DNA of 64,000 nucleotides, from assembly GCA_040902305.1 (NCBI GenBank), contig JBBDXN010000155.1, forward strand, positions 1,955 to 65,954. The letters are read 5' to 3'. The number at the start of each line of letters is the position of its first letter. Positions within the stretch are counted from its first letter, which is position 1. Positions 16,494 to 30,101 of this stretch are shown one piece after another. Source of the DNA: Candidatus Rokuibacteriota bacterium (GTDB lineage Bacteria > Methylomirabilota > Methylomirabilia > Rokubacteriales > CSP1-6). A program made the position numbers and the translations under genes. The notes beneath the pieces are model-generated. The model had not been told where the DNA came from and searched no databases. It worked only from the letters and a program-made list of their open reading frames with translations.

Positions 16494-17939
16494 TCAGATC
16501 CAGGTGCCGGCGGGCAGCGGGCGCGCCGCGGGCCGGAACCCCTCGCCGCAGGCCGGATGCGAGGGCAGCAGCTTGCCGGGATTCATGATGGAGTCGGGAT
16601 CGAACACGCGCCGCAGCCGCGCCATGAAGCCGAGATCCGCGTCGGCGAACTGCATCGGCAAGCTCGCGCGCTTGTCGAGCCCCACCCCGTGCTCGCCGGT
16701 CACGCTGCCGCCCAGGCGCAGGCACGCGCCCAGCAGCTCCTCGTTCGCCTGCTTGGCGCGCTCGAGCTCGCCGGGAACCCGGTCGTCGTAGCAGATCAGC
16801 GGGTGGAGATTGCCGTCGCCCGCGTGGAACACGTTGGCGATGACGAGGCGATGCCGGGCCCCGATGGCCGCCACCTCCTTCATGATCTGGGGCAGCTTCG
16901 ACCGCGGGACGACCGCGTCCTGGAGGAGCCAGTTCGGGGTGAGACGGCCGAAGACGCCCGCCGCCTCCTTGCGCCCCTTCCAGAGCAGCGCCCGCTCCGC
17001 CTCGCTCTGCGCCACGCGGATCTCGAGCGCCAGGTGCTCGCGGCAGATGGCCTCGATCGGGCCGGACTGCGCCTCGATCTCCGCGGTGGGGCCGTCCAGC
17101 TCGATCAGCAGCACCGCCCCCGCGCCCTTGGGATAGCCCGCGCCGATACCCTCCTCGATGGCCCGGATCACGACCTCGTCGAGCATCTCGAGCGCGGCCG
17201 GGACGATACCGGCCCGGATGATGGCGGACACGGTCTCCGACGCGTCCTCGATGGTCGGGAAGGAGGCCAGGATCGTCTTCACGCCTTCCGGCAGGTGGGT
17301 GAGCCGCACGATCACGCCGGTGACCAGTCCCAGGGTCCCCTCCGACCCCACCATGACGCCGGTGAGGTCATAGCCCGGCCGCTCGTGGGCCTTGCCGCCG
17401 AGCCGGACCAGCTCACCGGCCCCGGTGACGACCTCCAACCCGAGGATATGGTTCACGGTGATCCCGTACTTGAGGCAGTGCGGGCCCCCCGCGTTGGTCG
17501 CCGCGTTGCCCCCGATCGAAGAGACCATCTGGCTGGAGGGGTCCGGGGCGAAGAAGTAGCCCCGGTCGCGAGTGGCCTGGCTCAGCCACAGATTGATGAG
17601 GCCCGGCTGCACGGTGGCGCAGCGGTTCGGGAAGTCCAGCTCCAGGATGCGGGTCATCCGGGTCATCGCGACCATGACCCCGCCTTCGGGCGCCATCGCC
17701 CCCCCGATGAGGCCGGTGCCCGATCCGCGCGGCACGATCGGCACGCGCTCGCGCCGGCAGAGGCGGACGATCGCCGCCACCTGCTCCGCCGACTCGGGCA
17801 GCGTGACCGCGTCCGGCGCCCCCTTGTAGAAGGTGTGCATGTCGCACTCATAGGTGAGCCGGCCTTCGAGGGAGACGACCAGCCCGGCGGGACCGACGAT
17901 GTCCTCGAGCGCGCGAAGGATCTGGGGACCGAGAGCCAT
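16494..17939 (-). CDS. glcD: glycolate oxidase subunit GlcD (FAD-linked oxidase)
   Basis: VPRGSGTGLIGGA, VQPGLIN, NVFHAGDGNLHP, GEHGVGLDK, FDPDSIMNPGK. Confidence 0.9.
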   Translation of the reverse strand: MALGPQILRALEDIVGPAGLVVSLEGRLTYECDMHTFYKGAPDAVTLPESAEQVAAIVRLCRRERVPIVPRGSGTGLIGGAMAPEGGVMVAMTRMTRILELDFPNRCATVQPGLINLWLSQATRDRGYFFAPDPSSQMVSSIGGNAATNAGGPHCLKYGITVNHILGLEVVTGAGELVRLGGKAHERPGYDLTGVMVGSEGTLGLVTGVIVRLTHLPEGVKTILASFPTIEDASETVSAIIRAGIVPAALEMLDEVVIRAIEEGIGAGYPKGAGAVLLIELDGPTAEIEAQSGPIEAICREHLALEIRVAQSEAERALLWKGRKEAAGVFGRLTPNWLLQDAVVPRSKLPQIMKEVAAIGARHRLVIANVFHAGDGNLHPLICYDDRVPGELERAKQANEELLGACLRLGGSVTGEHGVGLDKRASLPMQFADADLGFMARLRRVFDPDSIMNPGKLLPSHPACGEGFRPAARPLPAGTWI

Positions 17940-17957
17940 GCGGGAGCCTCAGGCCGA

Positions 17958-17992
17958 GAAAATAGCACCGGCCCCCCGAAGGAGGCCGGCGA
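17958..17992 (-). terminator. rho-independent-type terminator after korB
   Basis: Minus strand reads CGCCGGCCTCC-TTCG-GGGGGCCGGTG (11-bp stem, UUCG loop) followed by CTATTTTCT. Confidence 0.6.
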
Positions 17993-18036
17993 TTCGCAGC
18001 AGGGTCACGGGCGGATGCCTCGCTGGGTGCGAGGGC

Positions 18037-19068
18037 TCAGCCGATCTTCCAGGTGTCGCCCGACATGAGCAGCTTGGCGATATCGCCGGGGCCCCGCTCG
18101 GATACCGCCTTCTGCTCCTGCTGGACGAGGATCTCCTCGTAGGTGGTGTCGCCGGGCTTGCTGGCGAGCACCCCGAGAGGGATCGGATAGTCGGGCGCCC
18201 AGAGCTGGGCCAGCACCAAGGCGGTGCCCCCGTCGGTCTCGTCGTGGACCCACAGCGCGCTCTCCGGCACGTCCTTCACGTGCACCACCTTCGGCTTGAC
18301 GCCCTCGAGCACGAGGCCGCGCCGATCGTCGAGCGGGCCGAACAGAAGCGGCTTGCCGTGCTCGAGACGGAGCTCGTGGAGAACCTTGGACTCACGATCG
18401 TAGAGCACGCCCCAGGCCATGTCGTTGTACACGTTGCAGTTCTGGAGGATCTCGACGAAGGCGGCGCCCTTGTGGGCGGACGCGCGCTTGAGCGTCTCCT
18501 CCATGTGGCCGATGCTGCGGTCCACCGTCCGGGCGACGAAGGTGGCGCCGGCGGCGAGCGCGAACGCGCAGGGGCTCACCGGCCGGTCCGCCGACCCCGC
18601 CGGGGTGGACTTGGTCACCTTGCCCAGCTCGCTGGTCGGGGAGTACTGGCCCTTGGTGAGGCCGTAGATGCGGTTGTTGAAGAGCAGGATCGTCACGTCC
18701 ACGTTGCGCCGGAGCACGTGCAGCAAGTGATTGCCGCCGATGCTGAGCCCGTCCCCGTCACCGGTGATGACGAACACCTTCAGCTCGGGCCGCGCCAGCT
18801 TGAGTCCGGTGGCGAGAGCGGGCGCGCGCCCGTGGATCGTGTGGAACCCATAGGTGTTCATGTAGTACGGGAACCGGCTCGAGCAGCCGATGCCCGAGAT
18901 GAACACGATGTCCTCTCTCGGAATGCCGAGGTCGGGCATCATCTTCTGCACCGCGCTCAGGATCGCGTAATCCCCGCAGCCGGGGCACCAGCGCACGTCC
19001 TGGTCCGACTCGAAATCCTTCTTCGTGTACTTCGGGGTCGCTCCGGGCACTCCCGTGACGGAACTCAC
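18037..19068 (-). CDS. korB: 2-oxoacid:ferredoxin oxidoreductase beta subunit
   Basis: WCPGCGDY, GIGCSSR, ITGDGDGLSIGGNH (TPP binding). GTG 19068 overlaps the korA stop. Confidence 0.9.
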   Translation of the reverse strand: MSSVTGVPGATPKYTKKDFESDQDVRWCPGCGDYAILSAVQKMMPDLGIPREDIVFISGIGCSSRFPYYMNTYGFHTIHGRAPALATGLKLARPELKVFVITGDGDGLSIGGNHLLHVLRRNVDVTILLFNNRIYGLTKGQYSPTSELGKVTKSTPAGSADRPVSPCAFALAAGATFVARTVDRSIGHMEETLKRASAHKGAAFVEILQNCNVYNDMAWGVLYDRESKVLHELRLEHGKPLLFGPLDDRRGLVLEGVKPKVVHVKDVPESALWVHDETDGGTALVLAQLWAPDYPIPLGVLASKPGDTTYEEILVQQEQKAVSERGPGDIAKLLMSGDTWKIG

Positions 19069-20936
19069 CGCGTTGCCTCCAAGAGTTGATTGATGGCCTC
19101 GTAGATTTCTTGGCTCGCCAACGGCAGCCCGCGCACGCGGTTGAAGCCCACCGCGTCGACGAGGTACTCCGCCCTCAGGATCCGCACCAGCTGCCCGCTG
19201 TTGATCTCCGGCACCAGCACCCGCCGGTACTGGCGGAGGATATACCCGAGGTCGGGGGGCAGCGGGTTGAGATGCCGCAGATGCACCGCGGAGACCGCCT
19301 TGCCATCGGTCTGCGCCTCCTCGACCGCGGCGGTGATCGCGCCGTACGTTCCGCCCCAGCCCACCACCAGCACGTCGCCCTCCGGCGGGCCGTTGATCGT
19401 GGTGGGCGGGATCTCCTGGGCCACCCGCCGCACCTTCTCCGCGCGCGTGCGCACCATGTGGTCGTGGTTCTCCGGGTCGTACGAGATATTGCCGGTCACG
19501 TCCTGTTTCTCGATGCCGCCGATCCGGTGCTCGAGGCCGGGCGTTCCCGGGCGGACCCACGGGCGCGCCAGTGTCGCCGGGTCGCGCAGATAGGGGAAGA
19601 ACCCCTCGGCTTCGGTGCGGAAGCCGACGACGATCTCGGGCAGCGCCTTCAGATCGGGGATCAGCCACGGCTCCGAGCCGTTGGCCAGATAGCCGTCCGA
19701 GAGCACCATCACCGGCACCATGTACTTGATGGCCAGCCGCACCGCCTCGTAGGCGATGTAGAAGCAGTCCCCCGGCGTCGCGGGCGCGATGACCACGACG
19801 GGCGACTCGCTGTTGCGCCCGTAGAGCGCCTGCATCAGATCGGCCTGCTCGGTCTTGGTGGGCAGGCCGGTGCTCGGCCCCCCGCGCTGGATGTCGAAGA
19901 TGACGAGCGGCAGCTCCGCGGTGACCGCGAGCCCGATGGCCTCGCCCTTGAGCGCGATGCCCGGACCGCTGGAGGCGGTGACCCCGATGCAGCCGCCGAA
20001 GGAGGCGCCGATCGCCGCGGTGGCCGCCGCGATCTCGTCCTCGGCCTGGAAGGTGCGGACCCGGAAGCGCTTGTGCAACGCCAGCTCGTGCAGGATGTCG
20101 CTCGCGGGCGTGATCGGATACGCGCCGAACACCACCGGGATCTTCGTGCGCTCGGCGGCGGCGAGCAGCCCCCAGGCCAGCGCGCGGTTGCCGGTCATGC
20201 TGCGGTAGACGCCCGGCGGCATCTCGGCCGCCTCGACGCCGTAGTGCTCGGCGAACATCTCCGCGGTCTCGCCGAAGGCGTGGCCCGCCTTGAGGGCGCG
20301 GATATTGGCCTCGACGAACTCGGGCCGCTTGGCGAAGCGCTTCTTGATCGCGTCCAGGGTCGGGTCGAGCGGCCGCGTGTACACCCACGACACGAGACCG
20401 AGCGCGAAGAAGTTCTTGCAGCGGTCCTTCTCCTTCGCGTTCAGCGGCATGTCCTCGAGCGCCTTCTTGGTGAGCCCCTCCATGTCGACCTGGTGCAGGC
20501 GGTACTTCTCGCCCAGCGTCGGGTCATCGAGCGGGTTGCTGGCGTAGGCTGCCTTGTCGAGGTTCCGCTTGTCGAACGCGGAGGGGTTCACGATCAGGAT
20601 GCCGCCCGGCTTGAGATCGGCCAGGTGCACCTTGAAGGCGGCCGGGTTCATCACGACCAGCGCGTCGAGCTGATCCCCCGGCGTGTAGACGCGCTGGCTA
20701 CCGAACTGGAGCTGGAAGCTCGACACCCCGAACAGGGTGCCCGCGGGGGCGCGGATCTCGGCCGGGAAGTTGGGGAGCGTGGAAATGTCGTTGCCGGCCC
20801 ACGCCGCCTCGCTCGTGAACTGCTCACCCGTCACCTGCATCCCATCGCCGGAGTCTCCCGCGAAGCGGATCACGGCGCGCGTGAGCGTGCGGCGGGGCTT
20901 CTGCGCCGCCGGTGTCGTGGTGACGCTCTCACTCAT
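19065..20936 (-). CDS. korA: 2-oxoacid:ferredoxin oxidoreductase alpha subunit (fused gamma-alpha type)
   Basis: 623 aa. RFAGDSGDGMQVTG, YPITPASDI, TASSGPGIALKGEA. Confidence 0.9.
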   Translation of the reverse strand: MSESVTTTPAAQKPRRTLTRAVIRFAGDSGDGMQVTGEQFTSEAAWAGNDISTLPNFPAEIRAPAGTLFGVSSFQLQFGSQRVYTPGDQLDALVVMNPAAFKVHLADLKPGGILIVNPSAFDKRNLDKAAYASNPLDDPTLGEKYRLHQVDMEGLTKKALEDMPLNAKEKDRCKNFFALGLVSWVYTRPLDPTLDAIKKRFAKRPEFVEANIRALKAGHAFGETAEMFAEHYGVEAAEMPPGVYRSMTGNRALAWGLLAAAERTKIPVVFGAYPITPASDILHELALHKRFRVRTFQAEDEIAAATAAIGASFGGCIGVTASSGPGIALKGEAIGLAVTAELPLVIFDIQRGGPSTGLPTKTEQADLMQALYGRNSESPVVVIAPATPGDCFYIAYEAVRLAIKYMVPVMVLSDGYLANGSEPWLIPDLKALPEIVVGFRTEAEGFFPYLRDPATLARPWVRPGTPGLEHRIGGIEKQDVTGNISYDPENHDHMVRTRAEKVRRVAQEIPPTTINGPPEGDVLVVGWGGTYGAITAAVEEAQTDGKAVSAVHLRHLNPLPPDLGYILRQYRRVLVPEINSGQLVRILRAEYLVDAVGFNRVRGLPLASQEIYEAINQLLEATR

Positions 20937-21050
20937 CGGTCGATGTCCTTTCCGTCCAGGGGCGTGCCCCTGTCAACGGTAGATTCCAGGCGGAGAGGCT
21001 TGGCTCTGGCCATTCTTGGGACCACGATCAGGGCGTGACGGTCCAAGGCC

Positions 21051-21079
21051 ATGCTACCCAAACGTCTGAATAGAAGCAA
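21051..21079 (-). promoter_or_regulatory. putative sigma70-type promoter of korAB
   Basis: Minus strand reads TTGCTT-17 nt-TAGCAT. The leader of about 108 nt contains the CAGGGGC-ac-GCCCCTG hairpin and a GGAAAGGA SD. Confidence 0.45.
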
Positions 21080-21135
21080 GGTTGACTTCGGTCGGACCGC
21101 CAGACCAGTCCCGCTCGGGAGACCCCGCGCGCTCC

Positions 21136-22266
21136 CTAGAGCTCGAGCAGCTCCATCTTCGGCGACCGGGTGAGGTTCCGGCACCCGCCGGGCTCCACCA
21201 GGACCATGTCCTCGATGCGCACGGCCCCCTTCCCCGGGTAGTAGAGCCCGGGTTCCACGGTGACGACCTGCCCGGTCTTGAGCTCGTAGTCCAGCCGGCT
21301 GATCCGCGGCAGCTCGTGGATGTCCAGCCCGACCCCGTGGCCGGTACCGTGGAAGAAGCCCTGGTTGCGGCCGTTGACCACGCCGGTCAGGTAGCCCCGG
21401 CCCTCGAGCGTCCGGTTCACCTCGGTATGGACCGCGCCGCCGGAGGCGCCATCCCGGATCAGCTCGATGCCGCGAAGCTGACTGGCCAGGACTGCGTCGT
21501 AGAGCCGCCGCAGCTCGTCCGGGGCCTTGCCCTTGACCACGGTGCGGGTCATATCGGCGTAGTACCGGCTCCGGGACGAGCGGGGGAAGATGTCGAAGAT
21601 GATGCCCTGGTTGGGCCGGATCGGCCCCGCGCCCTGGTTGTGCGGGTCCACCCCCTGCTCGCCGCAGGCGATGATGGTGTGCTCGGCGATGCAGTCGTTC
21701 TCCATCAGGGAGACGTTGACCGTCTTCTTGAGGTCCTCCGACGTGAGTGCGCGGCCCCGGTAGTGCACCTCGTCCCCGCGGACCGCGCTCTCGCGCAGCA
21801 CCTGGAGCGCGGCCTCCAGCGCGGTCTCGGTGTGGCGCTGGGCCTCCTCGATGGCCGCCACCTCCTCGGCGGTCTTCACGACCCGCTCGGGCAGGAACGG
21901 GCTCGGCCGCGGGGTGACGGTGATCCCCCGCTCGCGCAGCCGATCGGCCAGCTCGAGCGGGAAGTCGCCCGGCACCTCGACCGCCTTGACGCCGTGGTCC
22001 TCGAGCAGCAGGCTCACGGTGTCGGTGAGCTTGGGCTGGGGCCAGCGCTGGCGGGCCTTGCCATCCCAGGCCGACAGCGAGAGTACCTCGTCCACGCGCG
22101 CCTGGGCGCGGGCCCGGTCCACCTCCAGGTCGGACATGAGCAGGATCTTCCGCCCGTTCACCTGCAGGAAGACGAAGGGGTCCGGCGCGAGAAAGCGGCA
22201 AGCGTAGTAGAGGTTCGAGTCGGCCTCGCTGGCCGCGATGATCAGGGACGCGGGGGAATCGGTCAT
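21136..22266 (-). CDS. M24 family Xaa-Pro aminopeptidase
   Basis: HGTGHGVGLDIHE, VVTVEPGLY, VRIED metal-ligand motifs. ATG 22266 has AAGGAG 7 nt upstream and is preferred over GTG 22290. Confidence 0.85.
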   Translation of the reverse strand: MTDSPASLIIAASEADSNLYYACRFLAPDPFVFLQVNGRKILLMSDLEVDRARAQARVDEVLSLSAWDGKARQRWPQPKLTDTVSLLLEDHGVKAVEVPGDFPLELADRLRERGITVTPRPSPFLPERVVKTAEEVAAIEEAQRHTETALEAALQVLRESAVRGDEVHYRGRALTSEDLKKTVNVSLMENDCIAEHTIIACGEQGVDPHNQGAGPIRPNQGIIFDIFPRSSRSRYYADMTRTVVKGKAPDELRRLYDAVLASQLRGIELIRDGASGGAVHTEVNRTLEGRGYLTGVVNGRNQGFFHGTGHGVGLDIHELPRISRLDYELKTGQVVTVEPGLYYPGKGAVRIEDMVLVEPGGCRNLTRSPKMELLEL

Positions 22267-22294
22267 GCCACGCTCCTTTCGCGCCCTCACGGTA

Positions 22295-23236
22295 TCACGA
22301 GGGCGCGTCGACCGGCTTCTGGAGCTGCGCGATGAACCGCGCGACCACCGGGGTGAGTCGCCGGCCGCGACGGTGAATGATCCCGATGGGCCGCACCAAT
22401 CCGGGCAGCGCGAGCGGCGTGACCGCGAGGGTGCGCATCCCCGACTCGTTCAGCACGGTGGGGCGAGGGAGGATGCTGATGCCGGCGTTGATCCCGATGG
22501 CCTGCTTGATGGTCTCCACGTTGTCGAACTCCATGACCACCTCGACCTTGACGTCGTGCTGCTTGAGCGCGCGATCGATGGCCTTGCGCACCGCGAGGTC
22601 CCGGTCGAAGGCCACGAACTTCTCGCCCTGCAGGTCCCCGGGGGCCACCGAGCGCCGGCGGGCCAGGCGATGAGCCGGATGCGCCACCAGCACCATGGGC
22701 TCGGCGCGTAGCGGCAGCACGGTGAGGGCGCGGGTGGCCACGGGGTAGGACAGGATCCCGAGGTCGGCCTCGTCGTTGAGGACGGCCTCCACCACCTTGT
22801 GAGGATGCAGGCACTCCAGCAGGACGCGGGCCTGCGGGTAGTCCGACATGAAGGGCTGCATGTGGCGGCTCATGTCGTGAAGACCGACCGAGTAGATGGC
22901 GGCAACCCGCACCGTGCCTTCGACGCGCTCGCGCGCCGCCGCCAGGTCCGCGCGCGCCTTCTCGAAGCCCTGGAGGAGCGCGCGGCAGGCCTCGTAGAAG
23001 GCCTGGCCCTGCTCGGTGGGCAGGAGCGGCCGGCGCGAGCGGTCGAGCAGGGCCGCGTCCAGCTCGGCCTCGAGCTGCTGGATGGCCTGGCTCGCCGCCG
23101 ACTGGGACACCGCGTTGGCGGCCGCGCCGCGCGAGAAGCTCCGGAGGCGGACCACGTCGCAGTAGAGCTTGAGCGTGTCGAGGTTCACGCCCGCCACTCT
23201 AACAGTATTAGCATCTCTAATGCCGTGTTTTTTCAT
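22295..23236 (-). CDS. LysR family transcriptional regulator, divergent from gltBD (GltC-like arrangement)
   Basis: HTH region LKLYCDVVRLRSFSRGAAANAVSQSAASQAIQQLEAEL. True start may be GTG 23188, because codons 1-16 are AT-rich and carry palindromic boxes. Confidence 0.85.
   Translation of the reverse strand: MKKHGIRDANTVRVAGVNLDTLKLYCDVVRLRSFSRGAAANAVSQSAASQAIQQLEAELDAALLDRSRRPLLPTEQGQAFYEACRALLQGFEKARADLAAARERVEGTVRVAAIYSVGLHDMSRHMQPFMSDYPQARVLLECLHPHKVVEAVLNDEADLGILSYPVATRALTVLPLRAEPMVLVAHPAHRLARRRSVAPGDLQGEKFVAFDRDLAVRKAIDRALKQHDVKVEVVMEFDNVETIKQAIGINAGISILPRPTVLNESGMRTLAVTPLALPGLVRPIGIIHRRGRRLTPVVARFIAQLQKPVDAPS
23199..23221. promoter_or_regulatory. two overlapping palindromes, candidate LysR (T-N11-A type) boxes
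   Basis: CTAA-CAGTA-TTAG (23199-23211) and ATTAG-CATCT-CTAAT (23207-23221), in an AT-rich patch. Confidence 0.45.
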
Positions 23237-23243
23237 TTCGCCC

Positions 23244-23280
23244 TTGGCTAATGCTTCCGTTCCGTGTAGTCTCCACGGAA
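23244..23280 (+). promoter_or_regulatory. putative gltBD promoter with an inverted repeat bracketing the -10 box
   Basis: TTGGCT-17 nt-TAGTCT (23244-23272). TTCCGTG-tagtctc-CACGGAA (23260-23280). Confidence 0.45.
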
Positions 23281-23341
23281 CGACGTGGGCGGTGCGATCT
23301 CACCGCTCGGGACTCCCGACGCGGGGTGGAGAGAGAAGACG

Positions 23342-27934
<4,593 letters not shown>

Positions 27935-27937
27935 CTC

Positions 27938-28009
27938 GGAGGGGGGGCTTCGCCCCCCTTCCGATGCCTCCCCCCGGAGAAGCGGGGATTGCGCCGGCGG
28001 AGCCGGCGC
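27938..28009. repeat. cluster of GC-rich hairpins between gltB and gltD
   Basis: GGAGGGGGGGC-TTC-GCCCCCCTTCC (11-bp stem) and GCGCCGGC-GGA-GCCGGCGC (8-bp perfect stem). No U-tail. Confidence 0.8.
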
Positions 28010-28065
28010 TCGAACGCGGTGATGAAGGCGCGATCGGTCGTTCGATCTAGGAGAGGTGGGTCGAT

Positions 28066-29514
28066 TTGGGGAAGATTACGGGGTTCATCGAGTGGAAGCG
28101 GGACAAGCAGCCGTACCGGCCGGTCGAGGAGCGGACGCGCGACTGGCGGCAGGTCATGCTCCCGTGGCCGGGAGAGAGCCTCCGCAAGCAGGGCGCGCGC
28201 TGCATGGACTGTGGCATCCCCTTCTGCCATCAGGGCTGCCCGCTCGGCAACCTGATCCCGGACTGGAACGACCTGGTCTACCGGGACCGGTGGCGCGAGG
28301 CCATCGACCGCCTGCACGCCACCAACAACTTCCCGGAGTTCACCGGGACGCTCTGTCCCGCGCCCTGCGAAGGCTCCTGCGTGCTCGGTATCAACGACGA
28401 TCCGGTCACGATCAAGGCGGTGGAGCTCGCGATCATCGACCGCGCCTTCGAGGAGGGCTGGATCGTCCCGCACCCCCCCGCGCTGCGCACCGGCAAGACG
28501 GTGGCGGTGGTGGGCTCCGGCCCCGCCGGGCTCGCCGCCGCCCAGCAGCTCGCCCGGGCCGGCCATCAGGTGACGGTCTTCGAGCGCGACGATCGGATCG
28601 GGGGGCTGCTCCGCTACGGAATCCCCGAGTTCAAGATGGAGAAGCGCGTGCTCGATCGCCGGCTGGCCCAGATGGAGGCCGAGGGCGTGCGCTTCGTGGT
28701 CGATGCCCACGTCGGCGGGGATCGCCCGGTGGCGGGGCTGCGCGACGACTTCGACGCGCTCGTGCTGTGCGGCGGCGCCGGCGCCCCCCGCGACCTGCCG
28801 ATTCCCGGGCGAGAGCTGGGCGGCGTGCACTTCGCGATGGACTACCTCCGGCTCCAGAACCGGCGCTGCGAGGGCGACGCGGTTCCCGACGGGGACTTCA
28901 TCAGCGCCCAGGGCCGGCGCGTGGTCATCATCGGGGGCGGCGACACCGGAGCCGACTGCCTGGGGACGGTGCACCGGCAGGGGGCGCTCGCGGTGCACCA
29001 GCTCGAGATCCTGCCCCGCCCGCCCGACGCGCGGGCCGCCGGCAACCCGTGGCCACAGTGGCCGAACGTCTATCGGATCTCCTCGGCGCACGCGGAGGGG
29101 GGCGAGCGCCTCTACTCCGTGTCGACCGTCCGTCTGGTCGGGGACGAGCGCGGGCGCGTCAAGGGGCTCGAGGTCGCCCGGGTGGAGCCGGTGCGCGAGG
29201 GAGGGCGCCTCACGTTCCGGGAGATTCCGGACTCCGCGTTCGTGCTCCCCTGTGAGCTGGTGCTGCTCGCGATGGGCTTCGTCGGACCCGAGCGTCCGGG
29301 GCTTCTCGATCAGCTCGGGGTCGCGCTCACCGAGCGCGGCAATGTGCGGCGCGACGAGAGCTGGATGACGAGCGTGCCGGGCGTGTTCACGGCGGGAGAC
29401 ATGCAGCGCGGCCAGTCGCTGATCGTGTGGGCCATCGCGGAGGGGCGCAGCGCCGCCCGGGGTGTCGACCGCTATCTCATGGGCCGCTCGGACCTCCCGG
29501 CGCCCCTGGCGTGA
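28066..29514 (+). CDS. gltD: glutamate synthase small subunit (NADPH)
   Basis: [45 protein letters not shown] start preceded by AGGAGAGGTGG. Confidence 0.95.
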   Translation: MGKITGFIEWKRDKQPYRPVEERTRDWRQVMLPWPGESLRKQGARCMDCGIPFCHQGCPLGNLIPDWNDLVYRDRWREAIDRLHATNNFPEFTGTLCPAPCEGSCVLGINDDPVTIKAVELAIIDRAFEEGWIVPHPPALRTGKTVAVVGSGPAGLAAAQQLARAGHQVTVFERDDRIGGLLRYGIPEFKMEKRVLDRRLAQMEAEGVRFVVDAHVGGDRPVAGLRDDFDALVLCGGAGAPRDLPIPGRELGGVHFAMDYLRLQNRRCEGDAVPDGDFISAQGRRVVIIGGGDTGADCLGTVHRQGALAVHQLEILPRPPDARAAGNPWPQWPNVYRISSAHAEGGERLYSVSTVRLVGDERGRVKGLEVARVEPVREGGRLTFREIPDSAFVLPCELVLLAMGFVGPERPGLLDQLGVALTERGNVRRDESWMTSVPGVFTAGDMQRGQSLIVWAIAEGRSAARGVDRYLMGRSDLPAPLA

Positions 29515-29523
29515 GCGCGCTCC

Positions 29524-30024
29524 TCACTTCCAGCGGTTGAAATCCCAGAGGGCCTCGGTCCTCGCGACCGTCGCCCCGAGCTGTTGCAGCTCGGCCTGCA
29601 GCCGGTCCGCGGTCAGGCTCTGGTTCGGAACCGGCCGGTTGAGGAAGAACCAGCGGCGGCTTTCGGTGTAGGAGAAGTGGCTGGGCCCGATGGCGTCGTT
29701 CTCGGCGAGCATGTCGAGGATCGCGTTGCCGCTGATCGTCCGGCCGGGCGGCACCTTCTTGAGCCAGGCCACGAGCCAGACGAGGCTGCCGTCCTTGGAC
29801 AGGGTCACGCGGGTCGAGACCGCGAGGCCGCCCGGCGGGCGCAGGATGATCTCGAACTCGGGTCCCGATTCGTTGCGCGCCTCGCGCGGCTGGTAGCCGA
29901 GCGTCGCCAGCAAGGTCCGCAGACCTTCGGGGTCGAGGCGTGTCCCCGCGCGCTCGGGCTGGGCGTGGGCGGCGGACGCCAGGAGCGCGAGGCCCACCAG
30001 GGCGGCGGCCAGCGCGTACCCCAT
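29524..30024 (-). CDS. secreted hypothetical protein
   Basis: MGYALAAALVGLALLASAAHA signal peptide. 166 aa with no recognised catalytic motif. Confidence 0.5.
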   Translation of the reverse strand: MGYALAAALVGLALLASAAHAQPERAGTRLDPEGLRTLLATLGYQPREARNESGPEFEIILRPPGGLAVSTRVTLSKDGSLVWLVAWLKKVPPGRTISGNAILDMLAENDAIGPSHFSYTESRRWFFLNRPVPNQSLTADRLQAELQQLGATVARTEALWDFNRWK

Positions 30025-30101
30025 CACCGGCCGGCCCGGAGAGAGGATCACCAGCCGGCCCGCAGAGAGGATGACCAGCCGGCCCGCAGAGAGGATGATC
30101 G
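30023..30101. repeat. 24-bp tandem repeat x3 plus a partial copy, in a divergent intergenic region
   Basis: ATCACCGGCCGGCCCGGAGAGAGG / ATCACCAGCCGGCCCGCAGAGAGG / ATGACCAGCCGGCCCGCAGAGAGG / ATGATCG. Confidence 0.95.

Noticed and set aside
16044-18068. 674-aa plus-strand ORF across glcD/glcE
   Set aside because: Antisense artefact with an Arg/Pro/Gly-rich composition. The real genes are on the minus strand.
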